Below, piece by piece: positions 1 to 9,859 of a stretch of 64,000 bases of DNA (its first letter is position 1; each line of letters opens with the position of its first letter). The notes beneath the pieces are model-generated. The model was not told the DNA's origin and ran no database searches. It saw only the letters and a program-made list of their open reading frames with translations. The translations under genes and the position numbers were made by a program. Location of the stretch: positions 177,805-241,804 of the forward strand of contig JAVRCJ020000005.1 of NCBI GenBank assembly GCA_034530875.2. Reading direction: 5' to 3'. The DNA comes from Nostoc sp. DedSLP01 (GTDB lineage: Bacteria; Cyanobacteriota; Cyanobacteriia; Cyanobacteriales; Nostocaceae).

Positions 1-18
1 TTTTTGGGAGGAAAAGTC

Positions 19-393
19 ATGGTTTCGGCTCAGAGCTCTAATCTAGGAAAGACCTACTCCTTGATGATGATTAAAAGCTTTTTAATATGGACTTTCACAT
101 TGGCAGTATGCTTGCTGGTTGTCGGTTTTCCACTTGTTGTTTTGATGGCTACGGTCGGATGTCTGTTATCGATGATTTTGCAATCGGTAATGCCTGTTAG
201 TGCTGTTTTGCTAGTAGCAGGTGGTTTAATCTTGTTTAATGTAATGGCAGTTGTATTTGCAGCAGGTGTCTTAACTGTTAAAGGAGTTCATCCTAAAGAG
301 GTGAAATGGTTAAGTTGGCTGCATGGAGAGGCAGACCAAATGCAGACTACTGTTTACGCTGCTTGTCCTTTAACTTGTGAGATTAAAATGTAG
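19..393 (+). CDS. Conserved hypothetical membrane protein
   Basis: Hydrophobic ORF; ATG at 19 preceded by GGAGGA; followed by a terminator. Confidence 0.75.
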   Translation: MVSAQSSNLGKTYSLMMIKSFLIWTFTLAVCLLVVGFPLVVLMATVGCLLSMILQSVMPVSAVLLVAGGLILFNVMAVVFAAGVLTVKGVHPKEVKWLSWLHGEADQMQTTVYAACPLTCEIKM

Positions 394-427
394 TCATTAC
401 AATTAAATACGACAAACAGTGCGTCTG

Positions 428-448
428 CCCGGTTAAGCCGGGTTTTTT
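428..448 (+). terminator. Intrinsic terminator
   Basis: CCCGG-TTAAG-CCGGG hairpin followed by T6. Confidence 0.75.
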
Positions 449-485
449 CATGTTTTTATAAAAATTTTTGACCAAAATAATGGGA

Positions 486-797
486 TACAAGCCCCGTCCT
501 AAAGAAGCGGCTTTTGTTGGTTTTTAATGTACTGCTTTAAAACTTCTATTGGCACACCGCCTACGGAGACAGCAACTAGGACTCCATAGTGCTGGTTCGT
601 GGAGCTTTTTGTACCCAGCCTGCCCATATCTGCGACTTGATACACCTGTTTAATGCGTTTACGATTTGGGAGACGGACAGCTTGGGCGGATACTCAATCA
701 ACGCCTGAACGTGGTTGTCCTCACCATTAAATTCAAGCACCGATCTGTCAGCGAAGCGTCAAGAATCACCTCGCCTAAAGGCAGATGAGTATGTCAA
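486..797. mobile_element. Internally deleted IS200/IS605-family element (tnpA 3' remnant plus both ends)
   Basis: Minus strand 740->499 reads VLEFNGEDNHVQALIEYPPKLSVSQIVNAL/GVSSRRYGQAGY..LWSPS/AVSVGGVPIEVLKQYIKNQQKP with frameshifts; right end with imperfect hairpin ending in TCAA (794-797). Confidence 0.8.
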
Positions 798-986
798 AAA
801 TGGGACGAGCCAAAAAATCAGCGATCGCGATCGTTAATAATGTTGGTAAATTAATATTCATAGCAAAAGCTAACTCAAATCCTGGGCTGGACGCCAAAAT
901 ATCTGGTACATTTGCAAAATTGTACTTTTTTGACACGGCTGGGTAAAGAAACAGAACTATATAATTGTTCTTTACACATCACAAGC

Positions 987-1907
987 ATGGCAGCGTTGAA
1001 CGGACGAGATTTATTAAGTCTGGCGGACATTAGTCCAACGGAAATTCAAGAACTTCTGCAATTGGCAACTCAACTTAAATCCAAACAGCTGAAGTTGCAG
1101 TGTAATAAAGTTTTGGGGTTGTTGTTCTCTAAAGCTTCGACTCGCACGCGAGTAAGTTTTACTGTGGCGATGTATCAACTCGGGGGACAGGTAATCGATC
1201 TTAACCCTAATGTTACTCAAGTTAGTCGCGGGGAACCCGTGCAAGATACGGCGCGAGTGTTAGATAGATATCTCGATATTTTGGCAATTCGCACTTTTGC
1301 ACAGCAAGAATTGGAAACTTTTGCCAACTATGCCAAGATTCCAGTAATTAATGCCCTAACTGATGCAGAACATCCTTGTCAAGTATTAGCTGATTTATTG
1401 ACGATTCAAGAAGCTTTTAGCACTCTTGCTGGGTTAACTTTAACTTACGTGGGTGATGGAAATAATGTGGCTAATTCTTTGATGTTGGGCTGTGCTTTGG
1501 TGGGAATGAATGTCAGAATTGCCACTCCTAGTGGATTTGAGCCAGATCCTAAAATTGTAGAACAAGCAAGAGCGATCGCTAATAATAAAACTGAAGTCTT
1601 ACTCACTCACGACCCAGAATTAGCCGCCAAAGGAAGTACCGTACTTTATACTGATGTTTGGGCAAGTATGGGACAAGAAGCAGAAGCAGACGATCGCTTA
1701 CCAATTTTCCAACCTTACCAAATTTCCGAGCAGTTATTGAGCCTTGCTGAACCAGAGGCAATTGTTTTACACTGCTTACCAGCTCATCGTGGTGAAGAAA
1801 TTACGGAAGCAGTTATTGAAGGTTCTCAATCACGAGTTTGGGAACAAGCAGAAAATCGCCTCCACGCGCAAAAGGCTTTGCTTGCTAGTATCTTAGGGGG
1901 AGAATGA
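987..1907 (+). CDS. argF: Ornithine carbamoyltransferase
   Basis: STRTR, HPCQ, DGNNV, SMG, HCLP motifs; start moved to ATG 987. Confidence 0.97.
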   Translation: MAALNGRDLLSLADISPTEIQELLQLATQLKSKQLKLQCNKVLGLLFSKASTRTRVSFTVAMYQLGGQVIDLNPNVTQVSRGEPVQDTARVLDRYLDILAIRTFAQQELETFANYAKIPVINALTDAEHPCQVLADLLTIQEAFSTLAGLTLTYVGDGNNVANSLMLGCALVGMNVRIATPSGFEPDPKIVEQARAIANNKTEVLLTHDPELAAKGSTVLYTDVWASMGQEAEADDRLPIFQPYQISEQLLSLAEPEAIVLHCLPAHRGEEITEAVIEGSQSRVWEQAENRLHAQKALLASILGGE

Positions 1908-1909
1908 AG

Positions 1910-1975
1910 GGAGTTAGGAGTAGAGAAGCGATTAACCCAAGTCTGCCCAAGAGTTAGGAGTTAGGAGTTAAGAGT
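1910..1975. repeat. STRR heptamer repeats (GAGTTAG)
   Basis: Tandem gagttag units. Confidence 0.6.
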
Positions 1976-2112
1976 CAGAATAATGACGTGCGGCTGACTC
2001 TTGACGATTTATTGGTAAAAAATGAAGAATAAATAAATGAAAGAAAAGAAAAAATATTCTTACTTTTATCTTTAGTATTTTTACTTTTCTATTGCTTATG
2101 GGGAGTTTTTTG

Positions 2113-2128
2113 TAGTACTAATGTTCTA
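2113..2128 (+). promoter_or_regulatory. Cyanobacterial LexA box (autoregulation)
   Basis: TAGTACTAATGTTCTA fits RGTAC-N3-DGTWCB about 30 bp upstream of lexA. Confidence 0.85.
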
Positions 2129-2158
2129 GAGACATTTATAATTACTTCCCGAAAATTT

Positions 2159-2764
2159 ATGGAACGTCTAACAGAAGCTCAACAAGAACTTTACGAATGG
2201 TTGGTAGAATATATCCGAACGCATCAGCATTCGCCTTCAATTAGGCAAATGATGCAAGCGATGAATTTGAAGTCACCGGCACCAATTCAAAGTCGTTTAG
2301 AACATTTACGTACAAAAGGATATATAGAATGGACTGGAGGCCAAGCAAGAACGATTAGAATTTTGCGTTCTGTTAAACAAGGCATACCAATTTTGGGGAC
2401 GATCGCTGCTGGTGGTTTAATAGAACCATTTACTGATGCTGTAGATCATTTAGACTTTTCTAATTTCTCGTTACCTCCCCAAACCTACGCTTTGCGGGTA
2501 GCTGGCGATAGCATGATTGAAGATTTAATTGCTGATGGCGATGTGGTATTCTTGCGTCCAGTACCAGAACCAAATCAGTTGAAAAATGGTACTATCGTCG
2601 CCGCGAGAGTTGATGGATTCGGTACAACATTAAAACGTTTTTATCGTCAAGGCGATCGCGTTACTCTCAAACCAGCAAATTCTAAGTACAATCCCATTGA
2701 AGTCAGCGCCATGCAAGTGCAGGTGCAGGGTTCTTTGATTGGTGTTTGGCGGGGTTACAACTGA
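2159..2764 (+). CDS. lexA: SOS transcriptional repressor LexA
   Basis: N-terminal wHTH (PSIRQM), IAAG cleavage site, GDSM serine, TLKR lysine. Confidence 0.97.
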   Translation: MERLTEAQQELYEWLVEYIRTHQHSPSIRQMMQAMNLKSPAPIQSRLEHLRTKGYIEWTGGQARTIRILRSVKQGIPILGTIAAGGLIEPFTDAVDHLDFSNFSLPPQTYALRVAGDSMIEDLIADGDVVFLRPVPEPNQLKNGTIVAARVDGFGTTLKRFYRQGDRVTLKPANSKYNPIEVSAMQVQVQGSLIGVWRGYN

Positions 2765-2892
2765 ATAAGTGGGGAGTGGGGAGTGGGGAATAGGGAATTG
2801 GGGAGATAAGGGAGAATAATAACTCCTAACTCTTAACTCCTCACTTAGCACTCCCAATAATTAAGGTTCATCACCACTTTTGTGCTTAATAT

Positions 2893-4374
2893 ATGTACTT
2901 GACGGCAAATCCAGTGCGGCAACTGCCCACTTTCCGCTTAAAACCACCATTTGCGAGGGAAAGTAAGGGCAGTTATCAAACATCGCAACCATTACCAGGA
3001 TGTCCATTAAAGCCTGCATCTTTGCAATTGCGGCAATATCAGCGAGAAGCTATCGCCAGCTGGTTTGCTAATAATGGTAGAGGGACGCTCAAAATGGCTA
3101 CTGGTAGTGGTAAGACTATTACGGCATTAGCGATCGCTTGTGAATTATATCAGCAGATTAATTTACAAGTGTTGTTGGTGGTGTGTCCTTATCGCCATCT
3201 TGTCACCCAATGGGCAAGAGAATGTGAAAAATTTAATTTGCAACCGATTTTAGCTTTTGAGAATTTACGCACTTGGCAAAGTCAACTTTCAGGGCAAATT
3301 TATAATCTGCGTTCTGGTTCTCAACGGTTTGTTACTGTCATCACTACAAACTCGACTTTAATTGGAGATGGGTTTCAATCTCAACTCAAATATTTTCCCG
3401 CCAAAACTTTAATTATTGGCGATGAAGCACATAATTTAGGCGCACCGAAGTTAGAAGAAAGTTTGCCGCGCCGGGTGGGGTTAAGATTAGCTTTATCTGC
3501 CACACCGGAGAGGTATTTTGATGATTTGGGTACGCAATCTTTATTTGATTATTTTGGCCCGGTTCTCCAGCCAGAGTTCGCTTTAAGGGATGCGATCGCC
3601 TGCGGTGCTTTGGTACATTATCTGTATTATCCGGTGTTGGTGGAGTTAACCGAAGCAGAAAGTATTGCTTATTTAAGGTTAACTAAAAAAATTGGGCGAT
3701 CGCTTTTATTTCGAGAACGAGAAAATGGACAAGCAGGAGATTTTGAAGACAATGAAGATTTAAAGCCTTTATTGATGCAAAGAGCAAGGTTAATTGGTGC
3801 AGCCGAAAATAAATTAAATGCTTTGCGCGATTTAATGGCAACTCGCCGCGAAACTACTCACACTCTTTTTTATTGTAGTGACGGTTCGCCAGAAACAGGA
3901 CAGCGTTCATCGCTACGCCAACTCAAAGCTGTTGCCAAAATTCTCGGAGTAGAAATAGGTTACAAAGTTAGCACCTATACGGCTCAAACTTCTTTAGAAG
4001 AAAGGGAAATATTACGCCGTCAATTTGAAAGTGGTGAATTGCAAGGTTTGGTAGCGATTCGTTGCTTAGATGAAGGTGTCGATATTCCGGCAATTAAAAC
4101 TGCGGTGATTTTATCAAGTTCTGGTAATCCCCGCCAGTTTATCCAGCGACGGGGGCGAGTTTTACGCCCTCATCCAAGTAAAGAACGTGCAACTATATTC
4201 GACATGATTGTTTTGCCACCAGATTTAGATAGAGAAACAATAGAAGTTGAACGCAATTTATTAAGAAAGGAGTTACGCCGCTTTGTTGAATTTGCCGATT
4301 TGGCTGATAATGCTGGTGAAGCCAGAATGAAATTACTGGATTTACAAAAGCGATATGGTTTATTAGATATTTAA
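2893..4374 (+). CDS. SF2 (ResIII-like) helicase, 'DNA phosphorothioation system restriction enzyme' / PbeA-like without PLD domain
   Basis: LRQYQ Q-motif, ATGSGKT, DEAH, SAT, LDEGVDIP, QRRGRVLR; dnd context. Confidence 0.85.
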   Translation: MYLTANPVRQLPTFRLKPPFARESKGSYQTSQPLPGCPLKPASLQLRQYQREAIASWFANNGRGTLKMATGSGKTITALAIACELYQQINLQVLLVVCPYRHLVTQWARECEKFNLQPILAFENLRTWQSQLSGQIYNLRSGSQRFVTVITTNSTLIGDGFQSQLKYFPAKTLIIGDEAHNLGAPKLEESLPRRVGLRLALSATPERYFDDLGTQSLFDYFGPVLQPEFALRDAIACGALVHYLYYPVLVELTEAESIAYLRLTKKIGRSLLFRERENGQAGDFEDNEDLKPLLMQRARLIGAAENKLNALRDLMATRRETTHTLFYCSDGSPETGQRSSLRQLKAVAKILGVEIGYKVSTYTAQTSLEEREILRRQFESGELQGLVAIRCLDEGVDIPAIKTAVILSSSGNPRQFIQRRGRVLRPHPSKERATIFDMIVLPPDLDRETIEVERNLLRKELRRFVEFADLADNAGEARMKLLDLQKRYGLLDI

Positions 4375-4703
4375 TAATGAATCAGATTGTATTTGTATTT
4401 TTTTGTAAAAATTTTTCTGGGTTTGTAGAAACAAGCATTAAGTATGAAATAATGAAAATATGAATTAAATTATAATGGGATATAAGCAAAATTTTTAGAG
4501 CAGCTTACATCCCATTATAATATGGTTTATTAAGACTAATTTTATCAGAAAAATATTAAAGGATAAAGCATTTTTTCAAAAAAATTCAGATTTAAATATT
4601 ATAGTTTTTCAAAATTTAAAGATAATGCTAACCGTAGCTTTACAGTGACAAATGCACCAGTAGAGAGGGTTAAAATATAGAAAAAATTATTTTAGAATCA
4701 AAG

Positions 4704-4877
4704 ATGCCACAAGAGGCGAATATCGATGATGTGCAGGAGCCAATAACCAACGCTCCACCAGAAGTACGACAAATTATTGAGCGAGTGTGGAAGCTGGAAA
4801 AAAGTAGGCTCGATCGCAAAAGTAAAGGGCATATTAACGATGATATTCTAGATATTATCAAGGAAGCAGTGCAATGA
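4704..4877 (+). CDS. 57-aa small protein coupled to the CxC ATPase (PbeB-like); missing from the ORF track
   Basis: MPQEANIDDVQEPITNAPPEVRQIIERVWKLEKSRLDRKSKGHINDDILDIIKEAVQ*; ATGA overlap with the next gene. Confidence 0.8.
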   Translation: MPQEANIDDVQEPITNAPPEVRQIIERVWKLEKSRLDRKSKGHINDDILDIIKEAVQ

Positions 4878-6946
4878 AGCTGACTTCAATTAAGCTGTGC
4901 AATTTTCGCTCGTTTTATGGTACAACGCCAGAGATGAATCTCGCTGGAGGAGAAATTCACAACACGACGATTATTCATGGTAATAACGGTGCTGGTAAAA
5001 CGAGTTTGTTGAATGCATTTACGTGGGTATTATATGAGAAATTTAGTGCGGCGTTTGCATCGACAGAACAGTTAGTAAATAAAAGAGCGATCGCCGAAGC
5101 CCAAAGAGGGCAAACTATAGAATGTTGGGTAGAAGTTGGTTGGGAACATGATGTCACCCGCTATCGAGTTAAACGTTCTTGTCGGGTTTACAAAAACGCC
5201 AGCGAAATGGAAGCAGGTAAAACTCAATTAACCATGTGGGTGAGTGGTGACGATGGCAAATGGAATTTACCGACTCAGCCACCAGAAGATATTATTAATC
5301 AGATTTTACCTGCTAGTTTACATCAATATTTTTTCTTTGACGGCGAACGAATTGAAGAGATAGTCCGTTCTGATAAAAAAGCCGAAATCGCCGAAGCAAC
5401 AAAGATTTTTTTAGGCGTGGAAATCATCGAACGTTCAATTACACATTTGAAAGGAGCTAAAAAAAGTTTAGAAACTGAATTAACAGCTATTGGGGATGCA
5501 GAAACTAAACAACTTTTACGACAACAAGAAAAAATAGAACGTGAAATTGATAGTATCACCAAACGCCAAAGTGAAATTCAGCAAGAATTAGAATATCAAC
5601 AAACCTTCAAAAAAGAGACAAGCAACCGTTTACGAGAACTCAGTGCTGCTAAAGAACTGCAAGAAAGACGGCAGAGTTTAGAATCACAAAAAGAAGCAAA
5701 CCGAGAAGAACTCAGAAAAACTAGAGACGCGCTGAAAAAAGTAATTTCAGCGCGGGGTTATACAGTATTGCTATCAGATACTACAAGCCAATTTCGCAAA
5801 ATATTTGATGATTTTAAGCAACGCGGCGAGTTAACCTCAGGAATTTCGCGGGAATTTATCAATGAATTACTGAAATCTAAACGTTGTATTTGTGGTGCAG
5901 ATTTAAAGGCAGGGACTCATCATCATAGTAATGTACAAGTCTGGCTAGAAAGAGCAGGTTCATCGACAGTAGAAGAAACTGCAATTCGTATGAGCGCCCA
6001 AGTAGATGAAATTGATAAGCAAGCAATAGCATTTTGGGAAGAAGTTGATAGAGAACAACTGAGAATCGAACAGTTAAGACAGACGATATCTCAAATTGAA
6101 AGCGAATTAGATAGTATTCAAGAACGATTACGCAAAGATGCTAACGAAGAAATTAGCAGTTTACAAAAACGCCTAGACGAAATTGAAAACAAAATTGATG
6201 AATTAAATCGAGAACAAGGTGCAAATCAGCAGCGAATTGCTCATTTAAAAACAGAAATTGATGTTTTGGTTAAACAAATTGCTAAGCAGAAATTGAATGA
6301 AGCGAAACAAGTTTTGGCGCAACGGCGTATCAATGCCACCCAAGATGCAATTGAACGGTTAACGGAAGTCAAAAATCGTCAAGAAAAACAATTTCGTCTG
6401 CAACTTGAAAAGCGAGTGCAAGAGATATTCACAGAGATTTCTGTTGCACCATATATCCCAAAAATCAGCGATAAGTATGAATTGACGCTGATAGAAAATA
6501 CAGCAGGTATCGAAGCGCCAGTTGCAGCTTCCACAGGAGAAAATCAAATTCTTAGTTTGTCCTTTATTGCCAGTATCATCGATAGAGTGCGGGAGTGGAG
6601 CGAGAAGCGAAAAATGATGATGCTTCCCGATAGCAGTACTTTCCCAATTGTCATGGATTCGCCATTTGGAAGTTTAGATGAAATTTCACGGCGACACATT
6701 GCTAAGACAATTCCTAAATTAGCCAATCAATTAATAGTGTTAGTCACTAAGACTCAATGGCGTGGTGAAGTAGAAGAAGAAATCACAGACAGAATTGGTA
6801 GAGAATACGTGCTGACTTATTATTCATCAAAGCCACATTGCGAGCAAGATTATATTGAATTGGGTGGTGAAAGATATCCTTTAGTGCGGCAAAGTCCTAA
6901 TGAATTTGAGTATACCGAGATTATTGAAGTGGAACGCGATCGCTAA
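4874..6946 (+). CDS. Rad50/SMC-like ABC ATPase with CxC hook (PbeC-like, DndD paralog)
   Basis: Walker A GNNGAGKT, FFFDGE, long coiled coil with central CICG, STGE signature, IVMDSPFGSLD. Confidence 0.88.
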   Translation: MKLTSIKLCNFRSFYGTTPEMNLAGGEIHNTTIIHGNNGAGKTSLLNAFTWVLYEKFSAAFASTEQLVNKRAIAEAQRGQTIECWVEVGWEHDVTRYRVKRSCRVYKNASEMEAGKTQLTMWVSGDDGKWNLPTQPPEDIINQILPASLHQYFFFDGERIEEIVRSDKKAEIAEATKIFLGVEIIERSITHLKGAKKSLETELTAIGDAETKQLLRQQEKIEREIDSITKRQSEIQQELEYQQTFKKETSNRLRELSAAKELQERRQSLESQKEANREELRKTRDALKKVISARGYTVLLSDTTSQFRKIFDDFKQRGELTSGISREFINELLKSKRCICGADLKAGTHHHSNVQVWLERAGSSTVEETAIRMSAQVDEIDKQAIAFWEEVDREQLRIEQLRQTISQIESELDSIQERLRKDANEEISSLQKRLDEIENKIDELNREQGANQQRIAHLKTEIDVLVKQIAKQKLNEAKQVLAQRRINATQDAIERLTEVKNRQEKQFRLQLEKRVQEIFTEISVAPYIPKISDKYELTLIENTAGIEAPVAASTGENQILSLSFIASIIDRVREWSEKRKMMMLPDSSTFPIVMDSPFGSLDEISRRHIAKTIPKLANQLIVLVTKTQWRGEVEEEITDRIGREYVLTYYSSKPHCEQDYIELGGERYPLVRQSPNEFEYTEIIEVERDR

Positions 6947-7008
6947 ATTAATTGCATACAATTATATTTAATATTATTTGTCGCTTTGTGTGGGCGATCG
7001 CCATCATC

Positions 7009-7617
7009 ATGAGCAGAGCCAAAATTCTCGATCCATCCGAGATTTATACCTTCGCCAGCTATGCCGAATTAGCCTACGATAGTGCCGATATTCTAGCTGA
7101 ATTTGGTGTTACTCTCAACAATAGTTCACTCCAACTTCCACAACAGTTACCAATAGATCCCGAACCACTGAGAACAGAACTACAAGAAAATCTCACTTTG
7201 GTAGATCCTGTTTCCGAAATAGCTAGACGCGAAGCACTAATCTTTCCGATTCTCAAAACAGTTTGCAAGTTCATTCAAGTACCACTCAAAATTGAATATC
7301 CCGTGCGAGTTAGCAATTGGCTCAAAGGCAGTTTTGATTATTTCATTCCTACACCACAAAACTTATTAGTAATTGAAGCTAAAAATGCGGACTTAGCAAG
7401 AGGTTTTACCCAGTTAGCAGTAGAATTAATTGCGCTCGATCGATGGACTGAATCAACAGTTCCCATGCTTTATGGTACTGTGACAACAGGAGATACCTGG
7501 AAATTTGGAATTTTTCACCGCCAAGAAAAAATAATTGACAAAGATATTAATACATACGCCGTTCCTAGCGATTTGAATTTGGTGCTTTCTGCTCTGTTTG
7601 GTATTAGTTTGAGCTAG
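7009..7617 (+). CDS. Hypothetical protein, probable PD-(D/E)XK (HsdR_N-like) nuclease fold
   Basis: GSFDY...VIEAK...QL...LYGTVTTGDTWKF pattern. Confidence 0.65.
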   Translation: MSRAKILDPSEIYTFASYAELAYDSADILAEFGVTLNNSSLQLPQQLPIDPEPLRTELQENLTLVDPVSEIARREALIFPILKTVCKFIQVPLKIEYPVRVSNWLKGSFDYFIPTPQNLLVIEAKNADLARGFTQLAVELIALDRWTESTVPMLYGTVTTGDTWKFGIFHRQEKIIDKDINTYAVPSDLNLVLSALFGISLS

Positions 7618-7728
7618 GTGAGGTGTTTTAAGAGAAGATGTTGCATTTAACTAAAAAATTAGAATAACAGTTGACTAAAAGTGAGAAAATAGAAGCATAA
7701 ATTAGCTGGAATTTTCAGGATTTAGATT

Positions 7729-8070
7729 ATGGGAATTAAGGAATTATTACTACCATTTCGGGAAGAGATATTAAAAATTGCCGCTAAATATGGCGCATAT
7801 AACGTGCGGGTGTTTGGTTCAGTTGCTAGAGGAGAAGCAAGATCTGATAGTGATGTAGATTTTTTGGTAGAACTTGAACCGGGACGTAATTTGTTAGACC
7901 GTATTGCTTTAATGCAAGATTTGGAGGAGTTGCTAAACCGTAAAGTTGATGTAGCCAAGCCTAATAATTTACATGAATTAATTAGGGAAAAAGTGTTAAG
8001 TGAAGCTGTAACACTACGAGAGAATAAAAGCGTTATTTACTGGATATTGCAGAATGTATTGAGAGGATAG
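7729..8070 (+). CDS. Minimal nucleotidyltransferase (MNT) antitoxin with read-through C-terminal extension
   Basis: [12 protein letters not shown] motif; the expected stop after EAVTL is CGA (8017-8019). Confidence 0.85.
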   Translation: MGIKELLLPFREEILKIAAKYGAYNVRVFGSVARGEARSDSDVDFLVELEPGRNLLDRIALMQDLEELLNRKVDVAKPNNLHELIREKVLSEAVTLRENKSVIYWILQNVLRG

Positions 8071-8354
8071 AAGAATACACCCGTGATGGTAGAGAGGCTT
8101 TTATCCAAACAAAGATGATTCAGGATGCTGTGGTCAGAAATTTTGAGATTATTGGTGAAGCAACTAAAAGAATATCTCAGGATTTAAGGCAAACTTATCC
8201 TGATGTGCAATGGAAACGTATAGCTGGATTTAGAGATGTGCTAATTCACGACTATCTACGAGTTGATTATGATGATGTTTGGGGAATTATTGAGCGTGAT
8301 TTACCAGCTTTGAAAGCAAATATTCAGATGATTTTAAAAGATTTAGGTATGTAG
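8016..8354 (+). pseudogene. HEPN (DUF86) RNase toxin, 5' end damaged
   Basis: Frame reads [51 protein letters not shown]; start codon lost and early stop. Confidence 0.8.
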
Positions 8355-8422
8355 CGCAAAAAGCTTGTAGGCATCGCTTATAGCTTTCGGTTAATATAGC
8401 TACACAGTAGATATTAAAGTCA

Positions 8423-8893
8423 ATGGCTGCAAATAGAATCAAGGTTGCTAAAGATAAAGCTGAGTTAGTGAAATCCTTAGTCGCATCAAAAGACACAACA
8501 GGGCCTTTTCAAACTTATGTAGAAGTGATGGTATTTGCTGCTGCTTTAGGCGTTAGATATAAAAAGCGTATACCTTTAGGCGAAACTACAAAAAGAGAAC
8601 CTTCTCCCATTCCACAAGAAAACTTTGTCTCGTTGGGACATGAGCTAATAATTAAATTATTGGGAATTAATGAAACACAAGATATAGAAATTATTTCTTC
8701 GCAACAAGAAGAATATGAAGATAAACGCACCCAAATTTTTGAAGAATACGCCAATGGAGGTCTAGAAATTTTACAAACCGAATTACGCGGAGCCGTAGAT
8801 TATTCAGAGCGTATTCTTTTATTCTTAATTGCAGAAAAAGATAATAAAGAATCGATAGATGAAGAATTTGACCTGAGCAGATTTTTAAGTTAA
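8423..8893 (+). CDS. DNA phosphorothioation-associated protein 4 (PbeD-like)
   Basis: RIKVAKDKAELV..GPFQTY..FAAALG..FEEYANGGL pattern; dnd context. Confidence 0.8.
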   Translation: MAANRIKVAKDKAELVKSLVASKDTTGPFQTYVEVMVFAAALGVRYKKRIPLGETTKREPSPIPQENFVSLGHELIIKLLGINETQDIEIISSQQEEYEDKRTQIFEEYANGGLEILQTELRGAVDYSERILLFLIAEKDNKESIDEEFDLSRFLS

Positions 8894-8917
8894 TTTTTAA
8901 GACTCATTTAAAGAATT

Positions 8918-9859
8918 ATGAAAACATTAGATTATTACTATAAATCTTTTTCTCAATTAAATGTAAGTAGTAGCAGTAAGCGTGGTAATGCTCACTATAA
9001 ACCAATATTGGTTTTAACTGTAATTGATTTGATAACACGAGGACTTATTAATGATAATCAAATTCCAGTCTCAGAAGAATTAATTGATACATTTGAGAGA
9101 TACTGGAGTATTTTAGGCTCTAAATCTTATAAAGGTGGTTTGCATTATCCATTCTTACATCTACAAAGTGATAGTTTTTGGCACTTAATATTTAAACCAG
9201 AGTTTAAGGGACTACAGCCAAAAACCACTAACAAGTTGAAAGAAGCTGTTGAATATGCTTATCTTGATGATGAACTATTTAATTTTTTACAAGATGAATC
9301 TTCCAGACAAGAATTAATTGATTCACTCGTAACAACTTTTTTTCAGGAACAGCAAGACGAATTTGAAGAGATTTTGCAAATTAACCGATCTTTTCAAGAA
9401 GATGACTTAGCTACAGAGAAATTAGCTGCCTCGACTAACTTAGATAATAATCCAAGGTGGGGTATTAGAAAGGCAGTGATTAGAAATGCTTTTTTTAGAA
9501 AAACTATCGTTCGTGTATATGATTCCAAATGTGCTTTTTGTGGCATTAGAGTAACTAAAGGTGCAAATCAAAATATTGTAGATGGCGCACACATCAAGCC
9601 TTTTGCACAATTCTATGACAGCAGAATCAATAATGGTATTGCTATTTGCAAAAATCACCATTGGGCTTTTGACCGTGGTTGGTTTACTGCTGATGAGCAG
9701 TATAAAATTATTGTTAGTAAAGAATTAGAAGAAATATCTCCTTACACTAAACGTATGAAAGATTTTCATGGCGAAAGCTTACTGTTGCCAAATAAAGAGC
9801 AATACTTTCCAGAAGTAGAAGCACTGAAATGGCATCGGCAAAATATATTTCAAAGGTAA
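8918..9859 (+). CDS. HNH endonuclease with N-terminal sulfur-binding-domain (SBD)-like region
   Basis: N-terminal AHYKPILVL and YPFLHLQSDSFW; C-terminal CAFCG..GAHIKPF..NGIAICKNHHWAFD. Confidence 0.8.
   Translation: MKTLDYYYKSFSQLNVSSSSKRGNAHYKPILVLTVIDLITRGLINDNQIPVSEELIDTFERYWSILGSKSYKGGLHYPFLHLQSDSFWHLIFKPEFKGLQPKTTNKLKEAVEYAYLDDELFNFLQDESSRQELIDSLVTTFFQEQQDEFEEILQINRSFQEDDLATEKLAASTNLDNNPRWGIRKAVIRNAFFRKTIVRVYDSKCAFCGIRVTKGANQNIVDGAHIKPFAQFYDSRINNGIAICKNHHWAFDRGWFTADEQYKIIVSKELEEISPYTKRMKDFHGESLLLPNKEQYFPEVEALKWHRQNIFQR

Noticed and set aside
4874..6946. SbcC/RecN repair gene or a recent dndD duplicate
   Set aside because: No sbcD partner; CxC hook and context fit a defence ATPase; clearly divergent from dndD
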